Shown here: one piece after another, positions 1-9,913 of the stretch
Position numbering within the stretch: position 1 is the stretch's first letter
Layout of the letters: each line of letters starts with the position of its first letter
From: Ostreococcus lucimarinus
Taxonomy: Eukaryota
Assembly: GCA_000092065.1 (NCBI GenBank)
Contig: CP000584.1
Length of the DNA stretch: 64,000 nt
Direction: 5' to 3' (one strand)
Notes under the pieces: model-generated
What the model was told of the DNA's origin: nothing
Database searches by the model: none
The model's input: the letters and a program-made list of their open reading frames with translations, nothing else
Position numbers and translations under genes: made by a program

Positions 1-3000
1 GCGGTGGCGTACACACCTTCAAGAACATCGAGTAACACGAAGAGTGTGTCGACGTTGAAAGACGCGCGCGACGACGCCTCGGCAGACAAGTCGTACGCGG
101 CGGACACCAGGAGCGCTTGAGTCTTAACGCGCACGATCGCCGCATTGACGTTCACCTCCCATGCGGCATCATCGTGACCTCGAATGAAAACGTCGAAGTC
201 AGGCGTTGTTTCACCGAAAGCCTTCTTCAGCGCCTCCATGCACTGGTGCCACTCTCGCTCCTTGATTGACGAAGCGCCATTGATGAGCAAGCGCTTGAAA
301 GCCACGACGCCGCACGCGGCGAGCTGCTCGTGCGAACGCGACGCGAGACCGCACAATAGCTCGAGCAAATCTGGCATAACTCCGGCCTCGACGATTGGTT
401 CGTGAAACTGCACCGCCAAATCGACGACGAGTTCAAGACAACGCGTACACGTGCCGTACAACCAATCATCGATGTCCTCCGCCGCTACTTCGTACTCGAC
501 ATCGCCGCCAATCGTTCTCGTGCTCGGCATGATATCCGCACGGACGTGATCAAATATAGGGAAAAGAATGCGTCCGTACACGCGTGACCAAAACCCAGGA
601 GCGAACGAGCCGCCGTGGAACTTGAGCGTGTCGAACAACACCTCGAGCGCTGAGGTGCGAATTTCTGCGCGAGGGTCAAACGTGAGCTCAGAAAGTCCAG
701 CCAAAAGAGGGAACCAAAAGTATGTGTGCGCATCGGCGTCTGTGAAACACGTCGTGGTGACTGTTGACTTCATCTGTGTCACTTCCACGACACCATCCGT
801 CGCGAGCTGCTTCTCCGTCGCGGCGGTTTCTTCCAAGTCTCCGAGCGCGCCTTCGGCGAGCTTGAGAGCGCAAAAGCGCAGAAACGCGAGGGCGTTCAAG
901 CAAACTTCCGAACCCGCCTCAGAGTTTGTGAACGCAACGAGACAATTGACGCAGTCGGTAAACGCCACTGTATCGGTTTCGATGATGTAGTGAAAATGCT
1001 CGCGAATAATTCGCTCGATGGTCTGGAACGCCAGCGCCACGATTTGGCTACTTTCGTCCGCCGCCGCCGTGGTGAACACCATGAACATCGACTTCCAACC
1101 AGACTTGATATGCGCCACGCGAGCCTGCACCATCTGCGAAACACACCGAATGATGAGCTCTCTGATTTCGACAGCCGGAGACTGACGCATGACGATGACA
1201 AATGGTCGCAAAAATTCGTTTTGGAACGAGTAGTTGGCCAATTCGGTACGACTTAAGAATTTCATGGCGAGCTGTCGAAGAGAGTCGACTACTTGCATGG
1301 ATATTTGCAAGTTTGGCGAGCATCCCACCTTGACAAAGAAGTCGCTCAACACTTGCCATACTCTGGCCCAGATAAAACGAATACGATCCATGTTGAATGA
1401 AGCAACCTCGACAATCTTTCCGAGCGCGTACGCTCTCGGATGATTTGAAGACGTTTCTTCAATAGCAAGTTCACACAAGCTTCGAACGAAACCCACGATA
1501 GCATCACCGCTGAGATTGACGCTGGCGTGGAACAAATGATCAAGTTCATCGGGATGAAGTTGTTCGAGCACAGCTCGATCAGGTGGGTTCAAACCATCCA
1601 AGCCAAGTAAATCAAACTTTTGTTCGACCTCGACAGTGCTCGACGAATCGTCTCGCACGTTAACGTTGCTTGACTGCGGTGCGAGTGGAGACTTCAGTGC
1701 TCGGTCTGATGATATCGAACGCCGGAAGAGCCTAGGCCGGGCTTGTTTTTGTGCGTCGTCATCTCTACTGTATCCGGACTCCGAAAACAACGAACTATCG
1801 TTGAAACCGCTCGCGAGCGCATACAGATGCTCGTATCTACTCACACAAGCCAGAATTGTAGTCCACATGTCCCCGAGATCGTTTCCATTTTCGATCGCAA
1901 CGCGCACTAAAGTCTTCACCGCGATGACATTCTTCGTACGCATTGAGTGTGCATGATGCAAAGAAGTCAACTTTGTAAGGGACGCGATAAATGTGTCTCG
2001 AGTCTCTTGCATGCCGAGCGTCGAAGTGACGCTGATGACTCTTCGGAAACACTCCAAACAGTTCGATATCACGGACACACTTTCACTGTCTTCAAATGCA
2101 GTACCAAGCAGCGACAGTATGGGATTCCAGATCAATTCAAGCATCGGTTTCGCGCACCCGGCCTCCACGACGGTCAGAAAGCCTTTCGTCGTTGCGGCCC
2201 GCGCGCGAACTTGACTTATCAAATCGGCGGTGTCGATTTGTATTGTTTCTTCTTCTCGCTTACCAGACATGAGCGAAAAGAGGACATCCATACCTAATCT
2301 AGCGGAAAAGTTGTTCTTATCTTTCTTTTCCGCGGCGCTCAGAGCCACCTCTGCTGGCTCCTTCAATTTGATCTCGTTATTCACGATGCGGTCGTACAAA
2401 TCCTCGAGCACCTCGCTCGGCAAGTCTTGTCCGTCGTCGATCCCTCTGTTATTCCGAACAAACCCTTCCTTGGTCATTTTATTCTTAACCTGTGGGTTAT
2501 GCGCGTCCGTATTAAGCATGATGACAGAAAACGCCAAGACGTAAGCGGTGTCGGCACTCTTGTACACTTCCGGATTCAACTTATGGTAGCGCTCGGCAAA
2601 CTTCTCCATGAGCCTATCGATTTTTTGAGACTCACCTGGGAGGCGAAAGCCTTCTAAAAACTTGCGAATCGCGTCGTCAAGAGTTAGAGATGTGAAATCT
2701 AGCGCGTCAACGTATGCGTGCATGACCTGTAGCATCGGATCGTCGCGTTCACCCAAGTAATCGCCGACTACAGTCTTGTCCAGCCCAGGCGTCGTGCGTA
2801 AGAACTCGGCTATTTCATTGTGAGACGTCCCAAGGCGCCCAATCGATTGCAGATAAGCCAGACCTTTCTTCGCTTTCTTGTTGAAGAGAGTGATTCCCTC
2901 TTGGAACTCTTGCTTATCAGCCTTGAGCTTCGCTATGCTATCACCCAGATCCGCCGGGCTGCTCGTCTTCAAAGGTGTCGAAAATCCAGACTCAGATTCT

Positions 3001-4775
3001 TCCACGACGTCGTGCTGACTATCGCTCGTGCTCGCGTCGCCACCACTTTGTACCCTCACCCAATCGTCAAGTGATGCGACGAGGGTCGTCAAACATTCAA
3101 GCGCTTCGAGCTTGAGCACGGACTCGCGGGCCGCCTCTGGGCCGCTCGCCTGACTGACATCGACACCCTGCGCGATGCGAACCAAGGACAGAACACAGCG
3201 CTCGAACACGTTTTGGCTGTCTAAATCGCAGTCATAGTTCACGAAGAGATCAACCATGAGCTGCGAGTCGGCGCAGATGATTTGAAATCCCTTGACGAGC
3301 GTCGCGCGTTGATTGTATGCGCTCAACGGCGCGCCCTCCACGAGCTCGAGCGGCTTGAGCAACAACATAGGGAAAAAGAAACCAATTTCAGCCTTGAGGT
3401 AGGCCCGGTATCGAGTAAGCAGAGTCAAAAAGATTGAGCACGCTAGCTGATACGCTTCTGGAACATTAGGTGTCGCGTTGCTGACGATTGCGTCGCACAG
3501 ATATTCACGCATGGCGTCGGCAAAACGTGAGCTCGAAGAAAATGCATCCCCGGCGTTTTCGATGATAATCTTGAGCAACTGCAGCGACAACACTTTGCTT
3601 CGAACGAGCGCAACACCATTGACGTCGGAGCCTGGTTTTTTCGAGAGCTTGCACAGCGACCTAAAAACTAAAAAGGCATCTGTTTCGAGCTCAGAAGCTT
3701 GTTCTGTGCCCGAGGTGCGAGCGGGCGTCATAGCTCCCGGCGAAAACGCGTCCAACGACTGCGTCACCGCGTTCGGAGTCATAGGGGCGGTATCATTATC
3801 GAATTCGCTCTCCGTAATCTCGTGCTCGATTGCGTCCGATTTCACCACCGCGTCTGGGTCTGAAAAGTAATTGAACGATCCCACCGAATTCATATCCGTC
3901 GTGACTTTATTTACGAACGACTGTACCGCTGCCGACATGGCCGTAACGCCGTCAACTTCGGCTTCGGAACCAATCGGTCGAAGCAGGTCCGCAACGACAA
4001 TAGTCGGCGCTGAAGCGTGCGGGTCATCCGCCTCCAAACGATGAAAAACAGTCGTCAACATTTGCGTTAGCGTCGCCTTGGCTGTGTTTTGATTCACCTC
4101 TGACTTGCTCGAAAGGTAAATGTTGTAGCACGTCCGCACGACGCGCAAGAGCGCTCTATCGTGCACCTCGAACGTACGACTGCTCACTGCGGTGAGTATG
4201 CCCTTCAACACTTGTAACTCGACCGCCTCGTCTCGCACCTCCGCGGCGCCGCAGATCGCGTCCACGATTTCACCCGCGTGATTTCGCGCACCCGACGGCT
4301 CCGATTCGTCCCGCTCGCGCGACGCCGCGACCGTATCGCTCGCAACGTCGCCGTCATCCCGCGCGTCGACATCAGCCACGGCCTCCGCTCGTCCAGCCGC
4401 GTCGCTCGTCGACTCGAACCGCTCCAGCGTCCCGCCCGCGAGCGTCGCCCGTCCCTCCACCAAACCTCTCGAGATGAGCACCTGCACCGCTCCCAGCGCG
4501 GCCGCGATCACGCTCGCCGACCCGCTGTCCATCGCCGCGCGCAGTGGTGGCAGCACGACATCCATCTGCGCCTCTCGCAGCGCGTCCCCGCGTCCGCTCG
4601 TCGTCGTCGTCGTCGTCGTCGACGCCTTCGTCCCCAACGATTCAAACGTCCCATCCCGCGTCATCGCTCGCACCGCATCGATCGCATCGATGATAGCCGC
4701 GTGTTTCTTCGTCCCGCACGCGCGCTGGACGCGCTCGAGCGCGCCCTCGACGACGTCCACCGCGCCAGATGGCAT
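1..4775 (-). CDS. ARF guanine-nucleotide exchange factor of the BIG/GBF (Sec7-domain) family; continuous frame from ATG 4775 off the left edge (partial, 3' end outside window)
   Basis: Own minus-strand translation (absent from ORF track because no stop inside window): N-term 'MPSGAVDVVEGALERVQRACG...' preceded by in-frame TGA; Sec7 core '...FRLPGESQKIDRLMEKFAERYHKLNPEVYKSADTAYVLAFSVIMLNTDAHNPQVKNKMTKEGF...' read directly from complement of ~2430-2640; Sec7 ~690 aa from N-terminus as in BIG1/BIG2; no minus ORFs of this frame listed anywhere in 1-4775. Confidence 0.88.
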   Translation of the reverse strand, partial: MPSGAVDVVEGALERVQRACGTKKHAAIIDAIDAVRAMTRDGTFESLGTKASTTTTTTTSGRGDALREAQMDVVLPPLRAAMDSGSASVIAAALGAVQVLISRGLVEGRATLAGGTLERFESTSDAAGRAEAVADVDARDDGDVASDTVAASRERDESEPSGARNHAGEIVDAICGAAEVRDEAVELQVLKGILTAVSSRTFEVHDRALLRVVRTCYNIYLSSKSEVNQNTAKATLTQMLTTVFHRLEADDPHASAPTIVVADLLRPIGSEAEVDGVTAMSAAVQSFVNKVTTDMNSVGSFNYFSDPDAVVKSDAIEHEITESEFDNDTAPMTPNAVTQSLDAFSPGAMTPARTSGTEQASELETDAFLVFRSLCKLSKKPGSDVNGVALVRSKVLSLQLLKIIIENAGDAFSSSSRFADAMREYLCDAIVSNATPNVPEAYQLACSIFLTLLTRYRAYLKAEIGFFFPMLLLKPLELVEGAPLSAYNQRATLVKGFQIICADSQLMVDLFVNYDCDLDSQNVFERCVLSLVRIAQGVDVSQASGPEAARESVLKLEALECLTTLVASLDDWVRVQSGGDASTSDSQHDVVEESESGFSTPLKTSSPADLGDSIAKLKADKQEFQEGITLFNKKAKKGLAYLQSIGRLGTSHNEIAEFLRTTPGLDKTVVGDYLGERDDPMLQVMHAYVDALDFTSLTLDDAIRKFLEGFRLPGESQKIDRLMEKFAERYHKLNPEVYKSADTAYVLAFSVIMLNTDAHNPQVKNKMTKEGFVRNNRGIDDGQDLPSEVLEDLYDRIVNNEIKLKEPAEVALSAAEKKDKNNFSARLGMDVLFSLMSGKREEETIQIDTADLISQVRARAATTKGFLTVVEAGCAKPMLELIWNPILSLLGTAFEDSESVSVISNCLECFRRVISVTSTLGMQETRDTFIASLTKLTSLHHAHSMRTKNVIAVKTLVRVAIENGNDLGDMWTTILACVSRYEHLYALASGFNDSSLFSESGYSRDDDAQKQARPRLFRRSISSDRALKSPLAPQSSNVNVRDDSSSTVEVEQKFDLLGLDGLNPPDRAVLEQLHPDELDHLFHASVNLSGDAIVGFVRSLCELAIEETSSNHPRAYALGKIVEVASFNMDRIRFIWARVWQVLSDFFVKVGCSPNLQISMQVVDSLRQLAMKFLSRTELANYSFQNEFLRPFVIVMRQSPAVEIRELIIRCVSQMVQARVAHIKSGWKSMFMVFTTAAADESSQIVALAFQTIERIIREHFHYIIETDTVAFTDCVNCLVAFTNSEAGSEVCLNALAFLRFCALKLAEGALGDLEETAATEKQLATDGVVEVTQMKSTVTTTCFTDADAHTYFWFPLLAGLSELTFDPRAEIRTSALEVLFDTLKFHGGSFAPGFWSRVYGRILFPIFDHVRADIMPSTRTIGGDVEYEVAAEDIDDWLYGTCTRCLELVVDLAVQFHEPIVEAGVMPDLLELLCGLASRSHEQLAACGVVAFKRLLINGASSIKEREWHQCMEALKKAFGETTPDFDVFIRGHDDAAWEVNVNAAIVRVKTQALLVSAAYDLSAEASSRASFNVDTLFVLLDVLEGVYAT

Positions 4776-4818
4776 CTTTCGATTCGCTCGAGAATCGCCG
4801 CCTCACGTCACCGTCTCG

Positions 4819-4872
4819 CGCGTTCGCGACGCGTTCGCGATCGACGCGCGTTCGCGATCTCGCGCGTTCGCG
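4819..4872. promoter_or_regulatory. four tandem/near-tandem copies of CGCGTTCGCG(A) in the 210-bp divergent spacer between the ARF-GEF (ATG 4775, -) and TRAPPC2 (ATG 4985, +)
   Basis: cgcgttcgcgacgcgttcgcgatcgacgcgcgttcgcgatctcgcgcgttcgcg read directly; position in a bidirectional promoter. Confidence 0.35.
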
Positions 4873-4984
4873 CGCGCGCGCCGGGCGCGGTCGCGGCGTC
4901 GCGCGTCGCGGTGTCGCGGTCGCGGAGTCGGCGACCGCGATGTCGTGGCGCGAGTAATCCGCATTCGGCGCCTCTCGACGCGCG

Positions 4985-5533
4985 ATGTCGTACTTCGCGC
5001 TCACGGTGGTGAGCGCGAACGACGTCCCGATATACACGCGCGACTTCACCGCGCGCGAAGACGACGGCGCGCGCGCGGAGGTGCGTCTGAGGGCGAATGT
5101 TTGTTCGAACGCGCGAAGGATGCGAGACCGCGCTCGGAAGACTGACGACGACGACGACGACGACGACGCGCAGACGAGCGCGCCGCTGGACGCGCCGATG
5201 CGCGAACTCGTCGTGCGCGCGGCGCTCGATTTCGTGGACGAACGGTCGTGGGAGACGAACGCGACGTACCTGCGCGTGGTGGATCGATTCAACGACGTCG
5301 ACGCGCACGCGCACTGCGCGCCGACGCGCGCGCGCATGGTGTTGCTCACGAACGGCGCGAGGACGAGCGGAGGCGAGGAAGCGGTGCGAGGGTTTTTCGG
5401 GGAAGTGCACGAGGCGCTGGCGATCGCGACGATGAATCCGATGCTCGGCGAGGACGAGGCGTTGGGGAGCGCGTTCGACGAGCGAGCGCGGTCGGCGGCG
5501 GCGCGGCGGTTGGGCGCGCGCGCGCCCGAGTGA
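4985..5533 (+). CDS. TRAPPC2: TRAPP complex subunit 2 (sedlin/Trs20)
   Basis: 182 aa; 'MSYFALTVVSANDVPIY...VVRAALDFVDERSWETNATYLRVVDRFNDV...MVLLTNG...FFGEVHEALAIATMNPM' matches sedlin longin fold (human 'FIAHAALDLVDENMW..YLKTVDKFNEW..'); ATG verified; internal poly-Asp insert. Confidence 0.82.
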   Translation: MSYFALTVVSANDVPIYTRDFTAREDDGARAEVRLRANVCSNARRMRDRARKTDDDDDDDDAQTSAPLDAPMRELVVRAALDFVDERSWETNATYLRVVDRFNDVDAHAHCAPTRARMVLLTNGARTSGGEEAVRGFFGEVHEALAIATMNPMLGEDEALGSAFDERARSAAARRLGARAPE

Positions 5534-5742
5534 AGAGCGCGGAGAGCGATGGTGTGTAGATGATGTATTTTATATAGTCATAGTCGTGGTCATAGTCGTC
5601 GTAGCGCCGCGTGCGGTGCGCGTTAGGAATCAACCGTCGGTTCCGGTTCGCGACGAAACGACGCGACGCGTCGCGGCGACGCTCGCGACGGCGCTCGACG
5701 CCACACCGCGACGCGCGCGAACCGCCGTCGACGCGCGAAGCG

Positions 5743-6633
5743 ATGCACGCGTCCACGTCGACCGCATCGATCGCGTCCGCGCGCGCGCGCGGCGCCACCG
5801 CGTCGTTTCGCGCGCGAGTTCTCGCGCCGCGTCACCGCGCGCGCACGACGATGACGCGCGCGGAAGCCGCGGGATCTGTGCGTCGAGAGGTGCTGAAGAA
5901 GTCCGATCGCGCGAAGCTCGATCCGAGCTCGGACGCCGCGTTCTACGCCCAGCCGCGCTTCGTGACGCACGTCGACGACGATTTCATCAGCAAAGTGACC
6001 GAGTTGTACAGAAGACGAGTCCCGCGAGGAGCCGCGGTGCTCGACCTGTGCTCGAGCTGGGTGTCGCATCTACCGCGCGAGGTGGAATACGAAAAGGTGT
6101 GGGGCCACGGGATGAACGCGACGGAGCTCGGGAGGAACGAGAGGTTGGATGGGTTCTTCGTGCGGGACTTTAACGAGACGCCGAAAATCGACGCGAAGGA
6201 TTGCAGCTTCGACGCGGTGACGATGTGCGTGAGCGTGCAGTACTTGCAACGACCCGAGGAGGTGTTCGCGGAGATCTTTCGGGTGTTAAAACCGGGCGGT
6301 GTGTGCATCATCACGTTTTCGAATCGATTGTTTTATAGCAAAGCCGTGCAAGCGTGGAGAGACGCGAGCGGTTACTCGCGAACGCAGCTCGTGAAGCAAT
6401 ACTTTTCATCCGTCGCCGGATTCACGGCGCCGGAAGTGATCACCGATTTAGACGACATCGTCGACGACTCTCTGTTCTCCAAGTTTCGTCGGTTCTTTCA
6501 ACGCTCGCAGAGCGACCCATTTTACGCCGTCGTGGCGTATCGCAACTTCAAACCCGTCTACGAAGACGACTGCGTTCGCATGACGGACGAGGGCGAGTGC
6601 CTCACGGACAAGTCTTTCGATTCTATCGATTAA
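5743..6633 (+). CDS. class I SAM-dependent methyltransferase (Methyltransf_11-like), probable organellar presequence; track start 5611 is GTG, first ATG 5743 (alternative 5851)
   Basis: '...AAVLDLCSSWVSHLP...DGFFVRDFNETP...FDAVTMCVSVQYLQRPEEVFAEIFRVLKPGGVCIITFSNRLFY' = SAM-MTase motifs I, post-I, II and III; R/S/A-rich N-terminus. Confidence 0.72.
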   Translation: MHASTSTASIASARARGATASFRARVLAPRHRARTTMTRAEAAGSVRREVLKKSDRAKLDPSSDAAFYAQPRFVTHVDDDFISKVTELYRRRVPRGAAVLDLCSSWVSHLPREVEYEKVWGHGMNATELGRNERLDGFFVRDFNETPKIDAKDCSFDAVTMCVSVQYLQRPEEVFAEIFRVLKPGGVCIITFSNRLFYSKAVQAWRDASGYSRTQLVKQYFSSVAGFTAPEVITDLDDIVDDSLFSKFRRFFQRSQSDPFYAVVAYRNFKPVYEDDCVRMTDEGECLTDKSFDSID

Positions 6634-6771
6634 CGGCGTTCGATTCATTTTACCATCACTCACGATTCCACGGCTTTTGTAATTTCATCGCTCTCGCAGG
6701 CTTTCGCGTCGTCCCGGTGGTCTCGCGCAATCCAATCTCGATTCCCCGGGCGTCACAACCGCGCGCTCGAC

Positions 6772-8583
6772 ATGCGCGTCGCGCGTCGCGCGTCGTCCGC
6801 GCTCGTCGCGCTCGTCGCGCTCGTCGCGCTCGTCGCGTGCGCGCCCGCTCGCGCGCTTCGCGACGGCGCGCCCGCGGTCGACCCGCGCGAGTACACCTCG
6901 TGCCGCCCGCTCGAAGCGCCCGCGCTCGAACGCTGCGCGTACGTCACGCAGAACCCGCTGTGCGCGCGCGACGAAGCGCTGGTGCCGTATTTACGCCTGC
7001 ACTACTGCTCGCTCGCGGGCGATGGGTTCGCGAGCGGGATCGCGAGCGGGGCGCTCGCGCTGACGCTCTTCGCGGCGCTCGCGAGCGTGGCGGAACGCTT
7101 CTTCGTCCCGGCGCTGCGAAACATCGCGCGAGGACTGGCGCTGCGGGATGACGTCGCGGGAGCGACGCTGTTGAGCTTTGGAAACGGGGCGCCGGATATA
7201 TTCGCGCAGATCGCGGCGTTGAGTCACGAGGATGTGGCGGAGAGCGCGGCGTTGGCGGTTGGCGCGGTGACGGGCGCGGGCGCGTTCATCGCGAGTTTCG
7301 TGTTTCCGTGCGTGGTGTTGATCGCGACGAGAGCGGCGAGCGGGCGGGGGTTGGTTTTGGATAAGTGGAACTTCGGGAGAGACGTGGGGTTTTACGCCGT
7401 GGCGTCGGCGATGGCGCTCGGATTTTTTTTGGACGGGCGCGTGGAGGCGTACGAGGCGGCGGCGTTGTTTTCGCTGTACGCGGCGTATTTGTTTGTCTTG
7501 CTTTCGGGGCGAAGGCTGAAGCGGTTCGCGCGCGCCGTCGTCGCGCTCGTTCGCTACGGCGGCGATGATAGCGATAGTGATAGTGATTCATCCGTCGCTT
7601 GGTCGGATGACGAAGCGGCGGGCGAGCTTGTGCGAGACGCCGACGTTCGCGCGCCGATGCTGGAGACGGGCGATGACGGGGACGGCGACGAGGAAGCGCC
7701 AGTCGAAGGTGACGACGACGGCGACGACGACGACGATGACGACGACACGCGTTCGACGTCGTCTGATTCACACAGACCGATCCTGTTGATGATTGGGCAG
7801 AACGTGGCGCACGCGTTCAAGAAGATGGAGATTCCACTCGTCGCCACGCTTCGTTTGACAATGCCAGAGCTCGGCGACGAAACCGTCTCGATGCGGCACG
7901 CGGTGGCGTTGCCGATCGGTGCGCCGCTGTTTTTGTTATTCGCCACGGGTATGATGCCGGATCATATACGCTGGGTTGGCTTGAGTTATGGTATCGGCGT
8001 CTCTCTCGTGTGCGCGTTCATCATCGTTCAGTCGTGGTCGCACATTGGCGATGTAGCATCGATTCGCGCGTTGCTCGTCGCAGTTGCGTTTTTTCAGTCC
8101 ATACTGTGGATGAACACGGCGGCGAGCGAGCTCGTTTCTTTGCTCAGCGCGATCGGCAAGGTGACTGGCGTGAGTGAAGCCTTACTCGGCGCGACAGTCC
8201 TCGCGTGGGGGAACTCAGTCGGTGACTTTGTCTCCAACACCGTCGTCGCTCGCGCGGGCAACCCGAACATGGCAATCGCCGCGTGTTTTGCAGGGCCACT
8301 GATGAATCTTCTCGTCGGCACCTCGTTCGGACTTTTGCTTCACGTCGCCAAATACGGCCCTGTCACCGGCTACGTCATGCCTAACGAGCTGATCTTGCTC
8401 GGTGGTGCGCTGATGTTCGCATTGTTTTACGCGCTCTTCGTCATACCCTTCGTGCACAAGTGGCGCGTGGGGAAGAACGCGGCGTACGGCATGATTGGCT
8501 TTTACTTTTCATTCTCCATAGTGTACGCGTTGACGAGCACGCATTGCATCTTCCGAAAACCTTGGCTTGGGCCACCGCAGTAG
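6772..8583 (+). CDS. cation/Ca2+ exchanger, CaCA superfamily (CCX/NCKX6-like), with signal peptide and acidic cytoplasmic loop
   Basis: alpha-1 'LLSFGNGAPDIFAQI' and alpha-2 'LAWGNSVGDFVSNTVVA' repeats; about 10 TM segments; N-terminal 'ALVALVALVALVACA' encoded by 9-bp tandem repeat gcgctcgtc x4; loop 'DDSDSDSDSS...GDDDGDDDDDDDD'. Confidence 0.85.
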   Translation: MRVARRASSALVALVALVALVACAPARALRDGAPAVDPREYTSCRPLEAPALERCAYVTQNPLCARDEALVPYLRLHYCSLAGDGFASGIASGALALTLFAALASVAERFFVPALRNIARGLALRDDVAGATLLSFGNGAPDIFAQIAALSHEDVAESAALAVGAVTGAGAFIASFVFPCVVLIATRAASGRGLVLDKWNFGRDVGFYAVASAMALGFFLDGRVEAYEAAALFSLYAAYLFVLLSGRRLKRFARAVVALVRYGGDDSDSDSDSSVAWSDDEAAGELVRDADVRAPMLETGDDGDGDEEAPVEGDDDGDDDDDDDDTRSTSSDSHRPILLMIGQNVAHAFKKMEIPLVATLRLTMPELGDETVSMRHAVALPIGAPLFLLFATGMMPDHIRWVGLSYGIGVSLVCAFIIVQSWSHIGDVASIRALLVAVAFFQSILWMNTAASELVSLLSAIGKVTGVSEALLGATVLAWGNSVGDFVSNTVVARAGNPNMAIAACFAGPLMNLLVGTSFGLLLHVAKYGPVTGYVMPNELILLGGALMFALFYALFVIPFVHKWRVGKNAAYGMIGFYFSFSIVYALTSTHCIFRKPWLGPPQ

Positions 8584-8605
8584 ACATTTGTTGTTGTATT
8601 GTACA

Positions 8606-9646
8606 TTACAAGGATCTCGCGTACTCTTTCGCGCGTTCCAAACTACCGTCGAACGCCTCCGCGAGCGCTCGCGCTGCGTCTTCCGCATTTCGTGGCTGTC
8701 CCCCTCGCTCGAATAATTTAATCCAGTGGCGCTTTCGAAAGTTAATGAACCAGTTATTGACCTGCGTCGCGTCGAGTTTTGTTTGCGCGATGAGTTCGCG
8801 CTTATCATCTTCAGTCGGGTACGGCCACACGATGTTTTCGGACCACCAGTTCTTTAGCACCTCTGTGGATTGGTCTGGAAGCTTGCCTTTCTTTCGTTTT
8901 CGCATGAACTCCGACTTGAGCGTCATAATACTGCTCGCGTACTTACGTTTAAGGGCTTCTCTGAGTCGTTCCTCGTGGTCGCGACGCTGTTGCGAGTTAG
9001 ACAGTATCTGATCAAAGTCGCCGCTCGCCGCGGCGTGCTCCGCCGCCGTAGCCGGCGCTCGGCGTTTGCTCTCTGCGGCTTCACCTCGAATATCGGCGCT
9101 TTTCACCACATCCGAACGCACTTTCCGCGCGCGCGTCTCGAGTTCTCGACAGCACGACTTCGCGTCTTCGTATAGCGCGTGTAGCTCCTTGACGTACGAT
9201 TCAAGTTCGTGCGTGCACTCTCGCATGAACCGGTCCAAATCTCGTTGCGGTACGTCATGCGCGCCGCCCGAGCTCGACGCGTCTTCATTCATCACCTGAA
9301 CCGAGTACAACATCGCATCGCGCTCTCGATCGAGCGCTTCCAACACATCACCCTCAGCGCCAATTTGCCGGCACTCGTAATACGCTTCCACAAGCCGCGG
9401 ATACATGGGATGAGCGCGCACCGCGAGCGTCATCTCCTCTGAATCCGTCGCGCTCTCGCTCGAGCCCGTCTCTCTAACCTTTGTCCCGATGAACGCCTCG
9501 ATTTCATCGGCAAAACCGGGCAACGCGTCGACGTCGTCGCAATCAAATCCGCGCGCGCCGTCGTGAAAACAATCGTGCGTCGCGCACGCGAGCACATCCC
9601 ACTGCGCCGACTCCACGCTCGCGTCAAAGTCCATCGAGTCGAACAT
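8606..9646 (-). CDS. KNOX: KNOX-class TALE homeodomain transcription factor (KNOX1/KNOX2/ELK/homeodomain)
   Basis: C-terminal 'RKRKKGKLPDQSTEVLKNWWSENIVWPYPTEDDKRELIAQTKLDATQVNNWFINFRKRHW' = ELK + TALE homeodomain with PYP loop; upstream 'AHPMYPRLVEAYYECRQIGA' = KNOX1; ATG at 9646 verified (cat on plus). Confidence 0.85.
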   Translation of the reverse strand: MFDSMDFDASVESAQWDVLACATHDCFHDGARGFDCDDVDALPGFADEIEAFIGTKVRETGSSESATDSEEMTLAVRAHPMYPRLVEAYYECRQIGAEGDVLEALDRERDAMLYSVQVMNEDASSSGGAHDVPQRDLDRFMRECTHELESYVKELHALYEDAKSCCRELETRARKVRSDVVKSADIRGEAAESKRRAPATAAEHAAASGDFDQILSNSQQRRDHEERLREALKRKYASSIMTLKSEFMRKRKKGKLPDQSTEVLKNWWSENIVWPYPTEDDKRELIAQTKLDATQVNNWFINFRKRHWIKLFERGGQPRNAEDAARALAEAFDGSLERAKEYARSL

Positions 9647-9913
9647 GTCGCGCGCGCGCCGGTCTCAATTCAGTCCCACGCCGCGTCTTCCCGCGCCCCG
9701 CTCGAACGGCACCGCACTGTCAACCACCACAAATCGCGCGTCCGGCGCCGCGGAGCGCTCGCCGCGCGCGCGACCGTGACGCCTCGCGTCGCTCGCCGCG
9801 CGACGAAAATAGTTCGCCGCGCGCCGCAGAGTTAACAATCCAATGCTCACGCCTCCAGACCGCGCCGTCTCGAAACCCGAGACGCGTCCGGGACGCCGCG
9901 CGTCGACGCAGGC

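Noticed and set aside
1181-1195. Exact copy of the intron branch 10-mer GAGACTGACG on the plus strand inside the ARF-GEF gene (also CTGACTGAC at about 3147)
   Set aside because: The gene is encoded on the minus strand and the complement reads as in-frame coding (RQSP...). There is no donor/acceptor pairing, so this is a compositional coincidence rather than an intron or antisense gene.
4278-5410. Long Arg/Ala-rich ORFs (for example 4278-5012 +, 4642-5349 -, and similar at 19631-20743 -, 24393-25844 -, 25153-26700 -, 41203-42252 -, 53566-54651 -, 58945-59730 +) overlapping or antisense to well-supported genes
   Set aside because: They are low-complexity (R, A, P, S runs), have no motifs, and their codon third positions are not GC-biased, whereas the partner strand is. 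They are the expected by-product of 65% GC DNA with few stop codons.
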